A DNA stretch of 64,000 nt from Candidatus Latescibacterota bacterium (GTDB lineage Bacteria; Latescibacterota; UBA2968; UBA8231). Below the pieces are notes generated by a model. That model ran no database searches. It had not been told where the DNA came from and was given only the letters and a program-made list of their open reading frames with translations. The stretch covers positions 768,001-832,000 of the forward strand of contig OZ242005.1 of assembly GCA_965204725.1 (NCBI GenBank). Reading direction: 5' to 3'. The number at the start of each line of letters is the position of its first letter. Position 1 is the stretch's first letter. Shown one piece after another: positions 18,301 through 27,660 of this stretch. Position numbers and translations under genes: made by a program.

Positions 18301-18926
18301 CGGCGCAGCTTCTCCAGCACCGGACCCAGCGTAGCCCACACGGTCTCAGCTACGACTTGGTGGCCTGCGGCCGTGGGATGGTTGCCGTCGGGCAAGTTCA
18401 GCGCGGGTTGGTCGCCCACGCCTTCTAACAAGAAGGGGATCAAGGCCGCGTCGTTTTCTCGTGCCAACGCCGGGAAAATCGCGGCAAACGCCGCTGCGTA
18501 TTCTGCGCCAAAATTGGGCGGCATCTGCATCCCAGCGATGACCACGGCGACTGCGGGGTTTTTTGCTTTTACCCGCTCAACGATCGCTTGCAGGTTGGCG
18601 CGGGTGTCTTTGGGGTCCACGCCGCGCAGGCCGTCGTTGGCCCCCAATTCGAGGACGAAAACGTCGATAGAGCGGCGCAAGAGCCAGTCGATGCGGCGCA
18701 GCCCACCGGCTGAAGTCTCGCCGCCAAGCCCGGCATTGAAGACTTCAAAGTTCCAGCCGAGCGAATCGATCCGCGCCTGCACCAAAGCCGGGAAGGCCTG
18801 TTCGCGGTCGAGGCCGTAGCCAGCGGTCAAGCTATCGCCAAAAAAGAGAATGACCCGGCTGGAGTCCGCCTCCTCGGCCGCGACCCGGCCGACGAGCAAC
18901 GCTAGGGCCAATGCGATGTATTTCAC
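18297..18926 (-). CDS. tesA: arylesterase / GDSL-SGNH hydrolase TesA-like
   Basis: FGDSLTAGYG, GETSAGGL, ELGANDGLRG, DGNHP; signal peptide from GTG 18926. Confidence 0.85.
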   Translation of the reverse strand: MKYIALALALLVGRVAAEEADSSRVILFFGDSLTAGYGLDREQAFPALVQARIDSLGWNFEVFNAGLGGETSAGGLRRIDWLLRRSIDVFVLELGANDGLRGVDPKDTRANLQAIVERVKAKNPAVAVVIAGMQMPPNFGAEYAAAFAAIFPALARENDAALIPFLLEGVGDQPALNLPDGNHPTAAGHQVVAETVWATLGPVLEKLRR

Positions 18927-18947
18927 CGTTGCCTCCCTTGAAATATA

Positions 18948-19007
18948 TGTCCGATAATAGAACAAAATAAGTATATATTTGACAAAATTTGTCCGATTTG
19001 GTACGTT
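18948..19007 (+). promoter_or_regulatory. sigma70 promoter with putative operators for the HTH-ImmA gene
   Basis: TTGACA(18979)-17 bp-TACGTT; imperfect palindrome TGTCCGATAATAGAACA (18948-18964); TGTCCGAT half repeated at 18990-18997. Confidence 0.65.
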
Positions 19008-19023
19008 TAATAAAAAGGCTATC

Positions 19024-20262
19024 ATGGATCCAATCAAGCTCGGAAGACGGCTACGAGCCGCGCGTGAAACGCGGGGGCTCAGCCAACAGGCAGCGGCAGA
19101 CGCCCTTGGCGTCCCGCGTACGGCGGCCACCCAAATCGAGTCAGGTAAGCGTTCCGTCTCCACGCTGGAACTGACGAAACTGGCCGAATGCTATCGGCAT
19201 CCTGTATCTCACTTCTTCAAAGAAGCCGTGGAAGACGAAAACGAGGATGTTCTCGTCGCCTTGCTCCGAACCGTCCCTAGCCTAGAGCAGGATTCGGAGG
19301 TTCGTGAACAGGTAGATCGTTGCGTCTCCCTGTGTCGCGAGGGGGTCGTGCTGGAGAAAATCCTAGGGCTAGGGCTACGGGCCGGGCCGCCAGTGTATAA
19401 CGTGCGGGTTCCTCGCACGGCCGGACAGGCCGTGACGCAAGCGGAACAACTCGCCGATGAGGAGCGGTCCCGCCTCAACATTGGCAATGCTCCTTTAGCC
19501 GACGTTGCGGAACTAATCGGTTCTCAGGGCATTTGGGCATCCGGCCTTGAATTGCCCGGGCACCTGTCCGGTTTGTTCCTGCGCCATCCTTCAATCGGCC
19601 TAGCTATTCTCGTCAACGCCTCGCATCCGCGTGGACGAAAGCGATTTTCCTATGCACACGAATATGCCCATGCGCTGTTCGACCGGGAACGGACCATTTC
19701 GATTTCTAGCACCGATAATTCGGCGGAGTTAGTGGAAAAGCGGGCGAACGCCTTTGCCGCGGCGTTTCTCATGCCGAGAAACGGGGTGTCTGAAGTATTG
19801 CGAACCTTGGACAAGGGGCTGCCTGCTCGCCATGAGCAAACGATTTTCGATGCCGCGAGCGGCGGACCTATTCAAGCGGAGTTTCGGCCACCCGCTAGTT
19901 CCCAGAGAATCACCTACAAGGACGTTGCGCTCGTGGCCCACCATTTCGGCGTGAGCTACCAAGCGGCTCTCTATCGCCTGAAGAGCCTCAAATACGTTTC
20001 GCAGTCGGCCTCCGTCGGTCTCCTAGACCAAGAACACTTCGGCATCCGATATCTGCATCTTCTCAACAAGCGCGACGAGCTAGAACAACCGGAGCAAAGG
20101 CCATACTGGGATCGTGAACTTCGCAGCGAAATCGCACACTTAGCTATTGAGGCCTATCGTCGCGAGGACATCTCCCGCGGGAGACTCCTCGAACTGAGCA
20201 AAACGCTCGGGATTGATGGTAAAACCCTTCTGATCCTTGCGGAAGCGGCGCACGAGGGCTGA
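19024..20262 (+). CDS. XRE-HTH + ImmA/IrrE (COG2856) metallopeptidase
   Basis: LRAARETRGLSQQAAA..IESGKR HTH; RKRFSYAHEYAH; EKRANAFAAAFLMP; FGVSYQA. Confidence 0.9.
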   Translation: MDPIKLGRRLRAARETRGLSQQAAADALGVPRTAATQIESGKRSVSTLELTKLAECYRHPVSHFFKEAVEDENEDVLVALLRTVPSLEQDSEVREQVDRCVSLCREGVVLEKILGLGLRAGPPVYNVRVPRTAGQAVTQAEQLADEERSRLNIGNAPLADVAELIGSQGIWASGLELPGHLSGLFLRHPSIGLAILVNASHPRGRKRFSYAHEYAHALFDRERTISISSTDNSAELVEKRANAFAAAFLMPRNGVSEVLRTLDKGLPARHEQTIFDAASGGPIQAEFRPPASSQRITYKDVALVAHHFGVSYQAALYRLKSLKYVSQSASVGLLDQEHFGIRYLHLLNKRDELEQPEQRPYWDRELRSEIAHLAIEAYRREDISRGRLLELSKTLGIDGKTLLILAEAAHEG

Positions 20263-20271
20263 GCACGGACC

Positions 20272-20790
20272 ATGCCCCGCACGAGTTCGACCGTCATAGC
20301 GGTGGATACGTCTGTTCTCATCAACTTTCTCTGCGTCGATCGCATGGATCTGATTGCTCGCCACGGTCACCAGTTCGTCGTTACGGACCACGTGGCGGCT
20401 GAAGTCAAGGATTTCTATTCGGACGAGCAGACGCGCCTCAAAGCCGCGCTCCGGTCTGGTGATCTGAAACAAGTCAGCATTGCTGACCGACGCGAAGTCG
20501 CTCTGTTCGGCTCATTGGGCGAATCCAGACGCTTGGGGCCCGGCGAGTGTTCCGCGATCGCGTTGGCTGTATCCCGAGCATACATATTGGCTATCGATGA
20601 TCGACAAGCGACGAATCAAGCACGAGAGATCAGCCGCGATCTTTGTATTCTGACAACCCAAGATCTCATCGTTGCAATGATCCGTAAAAACCTATTGAGC
20701 GTCGCGGAAGCAGACGAACTCAAGGAGACGTGGGCGCAGCAGCACAGATTTCGGCTGCCAATCAAAAGTTTTTCCGATCTGATGTCCTGA
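20272..20790 (+). CDS. PIN-domain protein (DUF3368-like)
   Basis: VDTSVLINF, LGPGECSAIALA, IDDRQA. Confidence 0.85.
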   Translation: MPRTSSTVIAVDTSVLINFLCVDRMDLIARHGHQFVVTDHVAAEVKDFYSDEQTRLKAALRSGDLKQVSIADRREVALFGSLGESRRLGPGECSAIALAVSRAYILAIDDRQATNQAREISRDLCILTTQDLIVAMIRKNLLSVAEADELKETWAQQHRFRLPIKSFSDLMS

Positions 20791-21160
20791 TGGTCGGCTT
20801 CAATCTGCTCAACCAGACCGCCCGCGCAAGCCATCGCGCAAAACGTCGGCATCCAAATCATGTTCGCCGTTAGAAAGGCACTTAGCCACCCCGATAACCT
20901 GCGCCCATTCACCGACGCCCTCGTCGCAAAAGGGCAGCTCGATCCCGCCGACCTCGCCGCCTTTCCCGACTTCCTGTTGGCCGAGGCCCCGTCCCTGCCC
21001 GCCGCCGCCTACCGCTTTTGCCGCGACGAGCCGGGCGTCCACGTGGTCCTCTCCGGCACGGGCAACGCCGATCACCTCGCCGCCAACCTCGCGTCTTTCG
21101 CTCGTCCGCTGCTGACGCCAACCACGCACGACCGCCTCATCCACATCTTCCGCCGCGTCC
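20790..21160 (+). pseudogene. internal/3' fragment of an aldo/keto reductase
   Basis: MVGFNLLNQTAR, a frame break, then NVGIQIMFAVR..AAYRFCRDEPGVHVVLSGTGNADHLAAN; no 5' half. Confidence 0.7.
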
Positions 21161-21161
21161 T

Positions 21162-21274
21162 GATCTGTACATCCTGTTCGTTCATCGGTACGCTCGTCCT
21201 CTCTGGTCAATCTTCGCCACCAGCAACACCTTTCGATCGTCGTTGAGCGAGTAGATCACGCGCCAATCGCCGAT
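21162..21274 (-). pseudogene. relic of a RelE/HigB toxin 3' end and antitoxin start
   Basis: Minus strand 21274-21182 reads IGDWRVIYSLNDDRKVLLVAKIDQRGRAYR*, with an ATGA overlap into MNEQDVQI. Confidence 0.7.
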
Positions 21275-21316
21275 CTTGTTTTCGTTCTTTTTTTTAGCGT
21301 CCTCATCGCTTCTCCT

Positions 21317-22126
21317 TCAATCCCAAGGCTCCACCCCCGCCAGCTTCCGCCCCAAGCTCGTCAACTCAGCCGTCTTCTCTTCGCGGTGCTCGCGTTCTTC
21401 GGCGTAGCGCCCCAGCCCGGACAGCCGCCGCCGCCAAAAGTCCGTGTGCAACCGCCGCGCCTGTTCGCCTTGGCCGGCTGGCTTCATGGTGATATACTGC
21501 GCCACGCGCGGCTCGTCGCCGCGATTGACGCTCGCCGTGTGCGGCAGGGCCGTGCGCCAGATGACCAAGTCGCCCGCTTCGGCCCCGATGCGCCGCGTTC
21601 CCAAGGCCAGCAGGTCTTGCTCGCGGGGGTTGACGCCCTCCGGCAGCTCGTCGAGCCACGCCTCTAAGCGCTGGTGGAACCTCGGTACGCAGACAAAGGC
21701 CCCCTGCTCGGCCGGCGTGTCGTTTAGGTAGAGCACTCCTTGGACGCCAAAAGGCAACGGACGCTTATCTAAGGCCGCATCCCAGTGCAGATTGTGCTCG
21801 GGCGCGTCTTTGGCTAAGGCCGGTGGATTGATGCTGGCTCGGTCGTGGCTGACCCACAGCTTTTCCGTGCCCCAAATCTGGCTAAAGGCCCGGTGGACCC
21901 GAGGAGCCGTGCGGTTGTCCCATAGGGTCTGGTGGTGGTAAATCTCGACCATGATGCCGCGCCGATCCTCTCCATACCAAGTCCCGGAATCGCCCGGGTC
22001 CATGCCCGTAAACGCCCACACCGCCCGCTTGGTGTGCTCGGCTTGGTCGCGGTCGATTACCCGACGCGCAATGACGTACCCCTGTTCGGCAAAGAAATCT
22101 AAGTCTTCCCGGCTCAAGACATCCAT
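21317..22126 (-). CDS. phytanoyl-CoA dioxygenase (PhyH) family protein
   Basis: FFAEQGY, LHWD, QGVLYL.DT, AGDLVIW...LPH, PRVAQY. Confidence 0.88.
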   Translation of the reverse strand: MDVLSREDLDFFAEQGYVIARRVIDRDQAEHTKRAVWAFTGMDPGDSGTWYGEDRRGIMVEIYHHQTLWDNRTAPRVHRAFSQIWGTEKLWVSHDRASINPPALAKDAPEHNLHWDAALDKRPLPFGVQGVLYLNDTPAEQGAFVCVPRFHQRLEAWLDELPEGVNPREQDLLALGTRRIGAEAGDLVIWRTALPHTASVNRGDEPRVAQYITMKPAGQGEQARRLHTDFWRRRLSGLGRYAEEREHREEKTAELTSLGRKLAGVEPWD

Positions 22127-22141
22127 GGCGTTTACTCCTTG

Positions 22142-23164
22142 TTATAGCAGGTTTCGTGCGATGAGTTCCTCGGCGATTTGCACGGCGTTTAGGGCCGCGC
22201 CCTTGCGCAACTGATCGCCGCTGACCCACAAGTCCAGCCCGGTCCCATCGGGCCGCGAAATATCTTGGCGAATGCGCCCGACTAGCACCTCGTCGCAACC
22301 GGAGGCCTCAATCGGCATGGGGAAATGGTTTTGCGCGGGATCATTTACGATCCGCACGCCCGCAGCCTGCGCCAAGATAGCCTCGGCCTCGGCGGCCGGA
22401 AAGGGCGTGGCAAACTCCACGTTGATCGCCTCGGAATGCGCCCGCAGCACCGGCACGCGAATGGTCGTGGCCGAGATCGGGAGCGCGTCGTCGTGGAACA
22501 TCTTGCGGGTCTCGCGCACCATTTTCAGCTCTTCTTCGCAATAGCCTTCCGGCCCGACAGCCGAATCGTGCGAAAACAAGTTAAAGGCGATTGGGTGCGA
22601 AAATTCGGCCGGCGCGGCCTCCTGCCCGGCGAGCACCTGCCGCGTCTGGGTCTCCAGCTCCTGCATGGCCCGCGCCCCTGCGCCGCTGACGGCCTGATAG
22701 GTCGAGACCACAATGCGCTTGACCCGCCGCCGCTGATAGAGCGGCCAGACCACCACGTCCATGATGATCGTCGAACAATTCGGATTGGCGATAATGCCGC
22801 GATGCGCCGCCAAGTCCTCGGGGTTGATCTCGGGGACCACCAGCGGCACATCCGGGTCCATGCGATAGGCCGATGTATTATCGACGACCACCGCGCCCGC
22901 GACCACCGCGTGGGGGTTAAACTGCTTGCTCAAACGGCCCCCAGCCGAGGCCAAGACGAGGTCTATGCCGACAAAGGAATCCGCCCCGAGCTCCTGCACC
23001 GGAAGCGAGCGGCCCTTAAAGGAAAGGGCGCGTCCTGCCGAGCGGGCCGAGGCCAACAGCCGCAACTCGCCAATGGGAAAGTCGCGCTCGGCGAGGATTT
23101 CCAACAGCACCTGCCCTACGGCCCCGGTCGCGCCCATAATAGCTACGTTGTACGCGTTGGTCAC
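22142..23164 (-). CDS. asd: aspartate-semialdehyde dehydrogenase
   Basis: GATGAVG, IIANPNCST, STYQAVSGAG, DQLRKGAALNAVQIAE. Confidence 0.96.
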   Translation of the reverse strand: MTNAYNVAIMGATGAVGQVLLEILAERDFPIGELRLLASARSAGRALSFKGRSLPVQELGADSFVGIDLVLASAGGRLSKQFNPHAVVAGAVVVDNTSAYRMDPDVPLVVPEINPEDLAAHRGIIANPNCSTIIMDVVVWPLYQRRRVKRIVVSTYQAVSGAGARAMQELETQTRQVLAGQEAAPAEFSHPIAFNLFSHDSAVGPEGYCEEELKMVRETRKMFHDDALPISATTIRVPVLRAHSEAINVEFATPFPAAEAEAILAQAAGVRIVNDPAQNHFPMPIEASGCDEVLVGRIRQDISRPDGTGLDLWVSGDQLRKGAALNAVQIAEELIARNLL

Positions 23165-24351
23165 CTAGGTTCCCTCGTGAGATAATCCATCAATACGTGT
23201 CCGTGCTCTACCCGCATACTACCCTGCTCAGCCGCCCGCTCTCCATAAGCGCGCATTGAGTCGGCCGCAATGCCCGTTCCCCACAACACAAAGGGCACAG
23301 GCTCGCGGCTGTGGGTGCGTAGCGCAATGGGGGTGCGGTGGTCTGGGGTGAGCAGCACCCGATGCGGCCCCAGCGACGCGAGCCCGGCCAAGATCGGACC
23401 GACGACGCGGGCGTCGAAATCCTCGAGCGCCTGCACCTTGGCCTGCGGATCGCCGTTGTGCCCAGCTTCGTCTGGGGCCTCGACGTGGACATAGACCAAA
23501 TCGGCCCGCTGCAAGGTCGCCAGCGCGTATTCGGCCTTGCCTTCGTAGTTGGTGTCGAGATACCCGGTAATACCGGGCACGTCAATGACCTCTAAACCCG
23601 CGCTCTTGCCGATGCCGCGCACTAGATCAACGGCCGAGATGACGCCGCCCTGCAACCCGTAGCGCGCCGACAAGGGCGTCAACTGCAACGCTCGCCCAGC
23701 ACCCCAGAGCCATATCGCGTTGGCCGGCCGCGCTCCGCGAGCAGAGCGGGCGGCATTGACCGGCGAGGCCGCGAGCAGGGGGCTGGCCGCGTCCATGAGG
23801 GCGCGGATTTTCTCGGCCCCCGCGCCCGTAGGCCCATGCGCGGCCATGGATTGGCCCATGATGTCGTGCGGCGGATAGGTTTCCACTGCTTCCGGGCCGT
23901 GCTCCCACACCAGCAAGTGGCGATAGCCCACCCCGGGATAGAAGCGCAACGATGGCCCCCCGAGCGCAGCCGCCAAGGTCTCCACCAGTTCGGCCGCCTC
24001 GGCGCTGGCGATGTGGCCGGCGCTGTAATCGACCAGCACGTCGCCTTCTCGGTAGATCAGGTTCAGGCGGAAGGCCACCCCGTCGTCGCCCAGCTCAACG
24101 CCCATGCTCGCCGCTTCCAACGGCGCCCGGCCCGTGTAGTCAACTCGGCTGTCGTACCCGAAAATTTCGAGGTTGCCAATGTCGCTGCCCGGATGCCGCT
24201 GCGCGGGGATCATATCCACCAACCCCCCAGCTCCTTCGCGGGCCAAGCGATCCATGCAGGGCGTGGCGGCCGCCTCCAACGGCGTCTGCCCTCCGAGTTC
24301 GTCGAGCGGATAGTCCGCCGCCCCATCGGGCACCAACACGACGTAGCGCAC
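23161..24351 (-). CDS. apgM: ApgM-type cofactor-independent phosphoglycerate mutase family (proposed homoserine kinase subfamily)
   Basis: DGAAD, PGSDIGNL, YTGRAPLEAA, HVEAPDEAGH, TPDHRTP..H; GTG start 24351. Confidence 0.88.
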   Translation of the reverse strand: MRYVVLVPDGAADYPLDELGGQTPLEAAATPCMDRLAREGAGGLVDMIPAQRHPGSDIGNLEIFGYDSRVDYTGRAPLEAASMGVELGDDGVAFRLNLIYREGDVLVDYSAGHIASAEAAELVETLAAALGGPSLRFYPGVGYRHLLVWEHGPEAVETYPPHDIMGQSMAAHGPTGAGAEKIRALMDAASPLLAASPVNAARSARGARPANAIWLWGAGRALQLTPLSARYGLQGGVISAVDLVRGIGKSAGLEVIDVPGITGYLDTNYEGKAEYALATLQRADLVYVHVEAPDEAGHNGDPQAKVQALEDFDARVVGPILAGLASLGPHRVLLTPDHRTPIALRTHSREPVPFVLWGTGIAADSMRAYGERAAEQGSMRVEHGHVLMDYLTREPR

Positions 24352-24352
24352 G

Positions 24353-25645
24353 CTAGAGGTCCTCCATGCGGATGAGTTTGACCGCTCCCTGCACGGCATC
24401 GAGTGCGGCCACGGCCTGCTGCGCCCGCTGCATTGCAGCTTCGCGCGCCTCGTGCGTCACAATGACTAGCGGCACGGAGCCGCCCTCAAAGTCGCGCTCC
24501 TTTTGAATGACCGAGGCAATGCTGATGCGCTCCTCGGCTAAGATGTGCGCAATACCCGCGAGCACCCCGGGCTGGTCGCGGACCAAGACGCGCATGAAGT
24601 AGCGCATCTGCACCTCCTCAATGGACACGACCGCGGCGGCGTCCTCGCCCAAGATCATGTCGCCGATGGACGTGCTCGCGCCGGCGGCCTTGCGCTCGAC
24701 CAATTCCACCATATCCGCCACCACGGCGCTGGCCGTGGGCAACTGCCCGGCGCCGCGCCCGGAAAACACTTGCGGCCCCACCGCAGACCCCTGCACCTGA
24801 ATGGCGTTGAATTCGTCGTGGATGTTGGCCAACAGCGCGTCCTCCGGCACCATGGCCGGATGCACCCGGGCCTCGACGCGCCCATCCTGCTGTTTGGCAA
24901 CGGCCAACAACTTGATCGCATACCCCAACTCGCGGGCGTATTCAATGTCCCGACTCTCGATCTGCTCAATGCCCTCGCAAAACACATCGCGGCCCGTGCC
25001 CGTGCAGTGAAAGGCAATGCGACAGAGGATGGCTAACTTCTGCGCGGCGTCCATGCCGCTCACGTCCATAGTCGGGTCCGGCTCGGCGTAGCCTTGGTCT
25101 TGGGCCTCTTTGAGGACCGCGGCGTAGTCGCCCGCGCCCCGGCTCATGCGCGTGAGCATGTAGTTGGTCGTGCCGTTGAGGATGCCGTACAGGGACTCGA
25201 CCCGATTGGCGACCAAGCCGCTGCGCAACGAGCGGATGATGGGGATGCCGGCCGCGACGCTCGCTTCAAACATCAAATCCGCTCCATTGGCCAGCGCCAA
25301 TTCAAAAAGCTCCTCGCCCTGCTCGGCGAGCAGGGCCTTGTTGGCCGTCACCACATCCTTGCCCTGCCGCAGGGCCTCGCATACCCACTCAAAGGCTGGG
25401 GGCGCGCCGGTCAGTTCCACCACCAATTGCACATCCGGGTCGGCCACGACCGCACCGGCGTCCGCGGTCAACAGCCCCGGTGCCACAGCCGGGCTACGCG
25501 GCTTGTCTAAGTCGCGCACGGCCACCCGCCGCAATGCGAAATCCACGTGCTTGCGCCGCCGCAGCGACGCCGGCGCGTCCTGCAACAGCTCGACCACGCC
25601 GCTGCCGACCGTACCCAAACCGATTAATCCCACTCCCACTGGCAT
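24353..25645 (-). CDS. hom: homoserine dehydrogenase with ACT domain
   Basis: GLGTVGSG, VVTANK, FEASVAAGIP, GILNGTTNY, AEPDP, DQPGVLA. Confidence 0.95.
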   Translation of the reverse strand: MPVGVGLIGLGTVGSGVVELLQDAPASLRRRKHVDFALRRVAVRDLDKPRSPAVAPGLLTADAGAVVADPDVQLVVELTGAPPAFEWVCEALRQGKDVVTANKALLAEQGEELFELALANGADLMFEASVAAGIPIIRSLRSGLVANRVESLYGILNGTTNYMLTRMSRGAGDYAAVLKEAQDQGYAEPDPTMDVSGMDAAQKLAILCRIAFHCTGTGRDVFCEGIEQIESRDIEYARELGYAIKLLAVAKQQDGRVEARVHPAMVPEDALLANIHDEFNAIQVQGSAVGPQVFSGRGAGQLPTASAVVADMVELVERKAAGASTSIGDMILGEDAAAVVSIEEVQMRYFMRVLVRDQPGVLAGIAHILAEERISIASVIQKERDFEGGSVPLVIVTHEAREAAMQRAQQAVAALDAVQGAVKLIRMEDL

Positions 25646-25791
25646 ATTGGCCCAATTCCTTGTTTCATAGCAAGTTAAAGGCCCTAAATATAGCGGGCGG
25701 CGCGCTTTCTTGGCAAGGCACTCGCCCCGGTGGATGGACGCGCCGCTATATCCTATATTAAAGGCTTTCACGCCAACCGGAGCCTGCCGCT

Positions 25792-26082
25792 ATGGACCTC
25801 AGAGCCTTCAAACTGAGCTTGCAAAAAGAAAAAACTCCCCCGACGGACTCCCTCGCCCTCCAAGCACTCTGGCACGAGGCCCTGGGCCGATGGGACAAAG
25901 CCCACGAGCTAGCCCAGCAAGCGCCCGGCCCCACTGGAGCTTGGGTCCACGCCTTTTTACACCGGGTCGAGGGCGACCAAGTCAACGCTGGATATTGGTA
26001 CCGGCGGGCGGGCAAGCCCCACTGCAAGACGACGCTGACCGCAGAATGGGATGCAATCGTCAGCGCCCTCCTCAGCGCTTAG
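25792..26082 (+). CDS. hypothetical protein (96 aa)
   Basis: GGAG RBS; WDKAHELAQ..AWVHAFLHRVEGDQVNAGYWY resembles a widespread small TPR-like family. Confidence 0.75.
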   Translation: MDLRAFKLSLQKEKTPPTDSLALQALWHEALGRWDKAHELAQQAPGPTGAWVHAFLHRVEGDQVNAGYWYRRAGKPHCKTTLTAEWDAIVSALLSA

Positions 26083-27575
26083 CGCATCCGCAGCAACGCC
26101 CACCACGTATGCGTTAGTTCCGCCCGGTCTTGCGGGTGGGCCCAAGTCAGGGCGACCACCAGCCCCGCAAAGCACATCCCCCCGACGAGTACCTGCCAAA
26201 AGTCGCCGCACACGCCCGCGCTAACCCAGCGACTGATCGCGGCGGCCGCGCCGACTCCCGCGCCGACCCGCAGCAAGCGTCCCCAAGGCATGAGCCGATA
26301 CCAGCCACAGCGCAAGTGCCAGCCAATAGCCCCCACCAAGAAGGCCACCTGCAAGTACGTCACCAAAGTGGTGGCCACGGCCGGGCCGAGAAAGGCCCAC
26401 TCGGGGCGCACCGCCTGCAAGTACCCAACGAGCACCAAGCTCAAGCCGATATTGCAGCCCAGATCCCCCACGCTAGCCCACAGCGCCCAGCGGGCCTTAC
26501 CCATGCCCACCAGCAGCGGACTGTACGCGGCGCAGCGCAACGGCAACACCAATAGATAGATGCGAAAGACCCAAACCGCGCGATCGTACTCCGGGAAGAG
26601 CCAGCCGATCAACGGCCCGGCGAAAGCGAGCAGGAAGGCCGCCAGCGGCAACACCAACAGGGCCAAGCGCGAGACCGCACGCTGCCACAGCACCCGGATT
26701 TCGCGGAGCTGTCCCGCCTGAAAGAGCCGACTGACCTCCGGGATCAACACGGATGTCACCGCCGACAGCAGCAGGCTGATCGGCACCTCAATGGCCCCAA
26801 AATTGTACTCGGCAAACGCGCCGGCCGCGAAGAAGTGCAGGATCACAAAGCGATCGACGTAGCGAGAGAGACTGCCCACTGCGTCGTTGAGGCCCACCGG
26901 GCGCGTGTAGCGTACCAGCGCACCCAGCCCTTCCCACCCCCACCAGCGCCCGCCCCCCAGTGCCAAGCGCACTAGCCCGCAGACGACGAGCAAGCGCAAC
27001 GCGCCCAATCCCGAAAACAGCGCCAGCACCTGCGCGGGCGTCCAGCCCAGCCCCAAGGCACCCCACGCACCGGCGACTAATGCACTGCTCATCGCCAGTT
27101 GCAGCCAAGCCAGATAGTGCTCGCGGTCGGCGGCCACCAAGGCCGCTTCGGCCCCACCGGCCGCGATCACCGCAAAGAGATAGGGCAAAAACGGCAGCAG
27201 GTACGCGGCCACCTGCTCGCTAGCGCTGGCCTCTTGCACCAGCACCGCAGCCAACTGCGGCCCCCACAACCACAGACTCCCGGCCAATGCCAAACCCGAC
27301 GCCACCAAGCACAGCAGCACTTGGCCGACGAGCAAGCGCGGCTCGCGCCGCCGGGGAAAGAAGTAGAGCAAACTCGTGGGCAGCCCGAACAAAAACACCG
27401 GGATCAGCGCGTTGCCCACCACCCAGACCGCGCCAAAAAGCCCGCATTGTTCCGGGGTCCAAGCGCGGGCGACCAGCGCATAGACGGCTAGGATGCTGGC
27501 GGTATTGGCGGCGCGCCCAGCGGCCACGATGCCGATCTTGCGGGTCAGCCGCCCTCGTCCAGCCTGTTCATTCAT
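26079..27575 (-). CDS. polysaccharide flippase (Wzx/MOP) family protein
   Basis: Many TM helices; GLPTSLLYF, VDRFVI, LIPEVS. Confidence 0.8.
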   Translation of the reverse strand: MNEQAGRGRLTRKIGIVAAGRAANTASILAVYALVARAWTPEQCGLFGAVWVVGNALIPVFLFGLPTSLLYFFPRRREPRLLVGQVLLCLVASGLALAGSLWLWGPQLAAVLVQEASASEQVAAYLLPFLPYLFAVIAAGGAEAALVAADREHYLAWLQLAMSSALVAGAWGALGLGWTPAQVLALFSGLGALRLLVVCGLVRLALGGGRWWGWEGLGALVRYTRPVGLNDAVGSLSRYVDRFVILHFFAAGAFAEYNFGAIEVPISLLLSAVTSVLIPEVSRLFQAGQLREIRVLWQRAVSRLALLVLPLAAFLLAFAGPLIGWLFPEYDRAVWVFRIYLLVLPLRCAAYSPLLVGMGKARWALWASVGDLGCNIGLSLVLVGYLQAVRPEWAFLGPAVATTLVTYLQVAFLVGAIGWHLRCGWYRLMPWGRLLRVGAGVGAAAAISRWVSAGVCGDFWQVLVGGMCFAGLVVALTWAHPQDRAELTHTWWALLRMR

Positions 27576-27585
27576 GGTACGCCGC

Positions 27586-27614
27586 TTGACAGCGATCGCG
27601 CCGCGTCGTATAAC
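27586..27614 (+). promoter_or_regulatory. putative sigma70 promoter
   Basis: TTGACA-17 bp-TATAAC upstream of AAGGAGG and ATG 27661. Confidence 0.6.
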
Positions 27615-27660
27615 AGCTTGCCCAGCCCATCATTGAATTTTTCTGGTAAAGGAGGTCGCT

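Noticed and set aside
18927-19163. N-terminal extension of the 288-aa minus-strand ORF
   Set aside because: It overlaps the HTH-ImmA gene and its promoter; TesA begins at GTG 18926 after a GGGAGG RBS.
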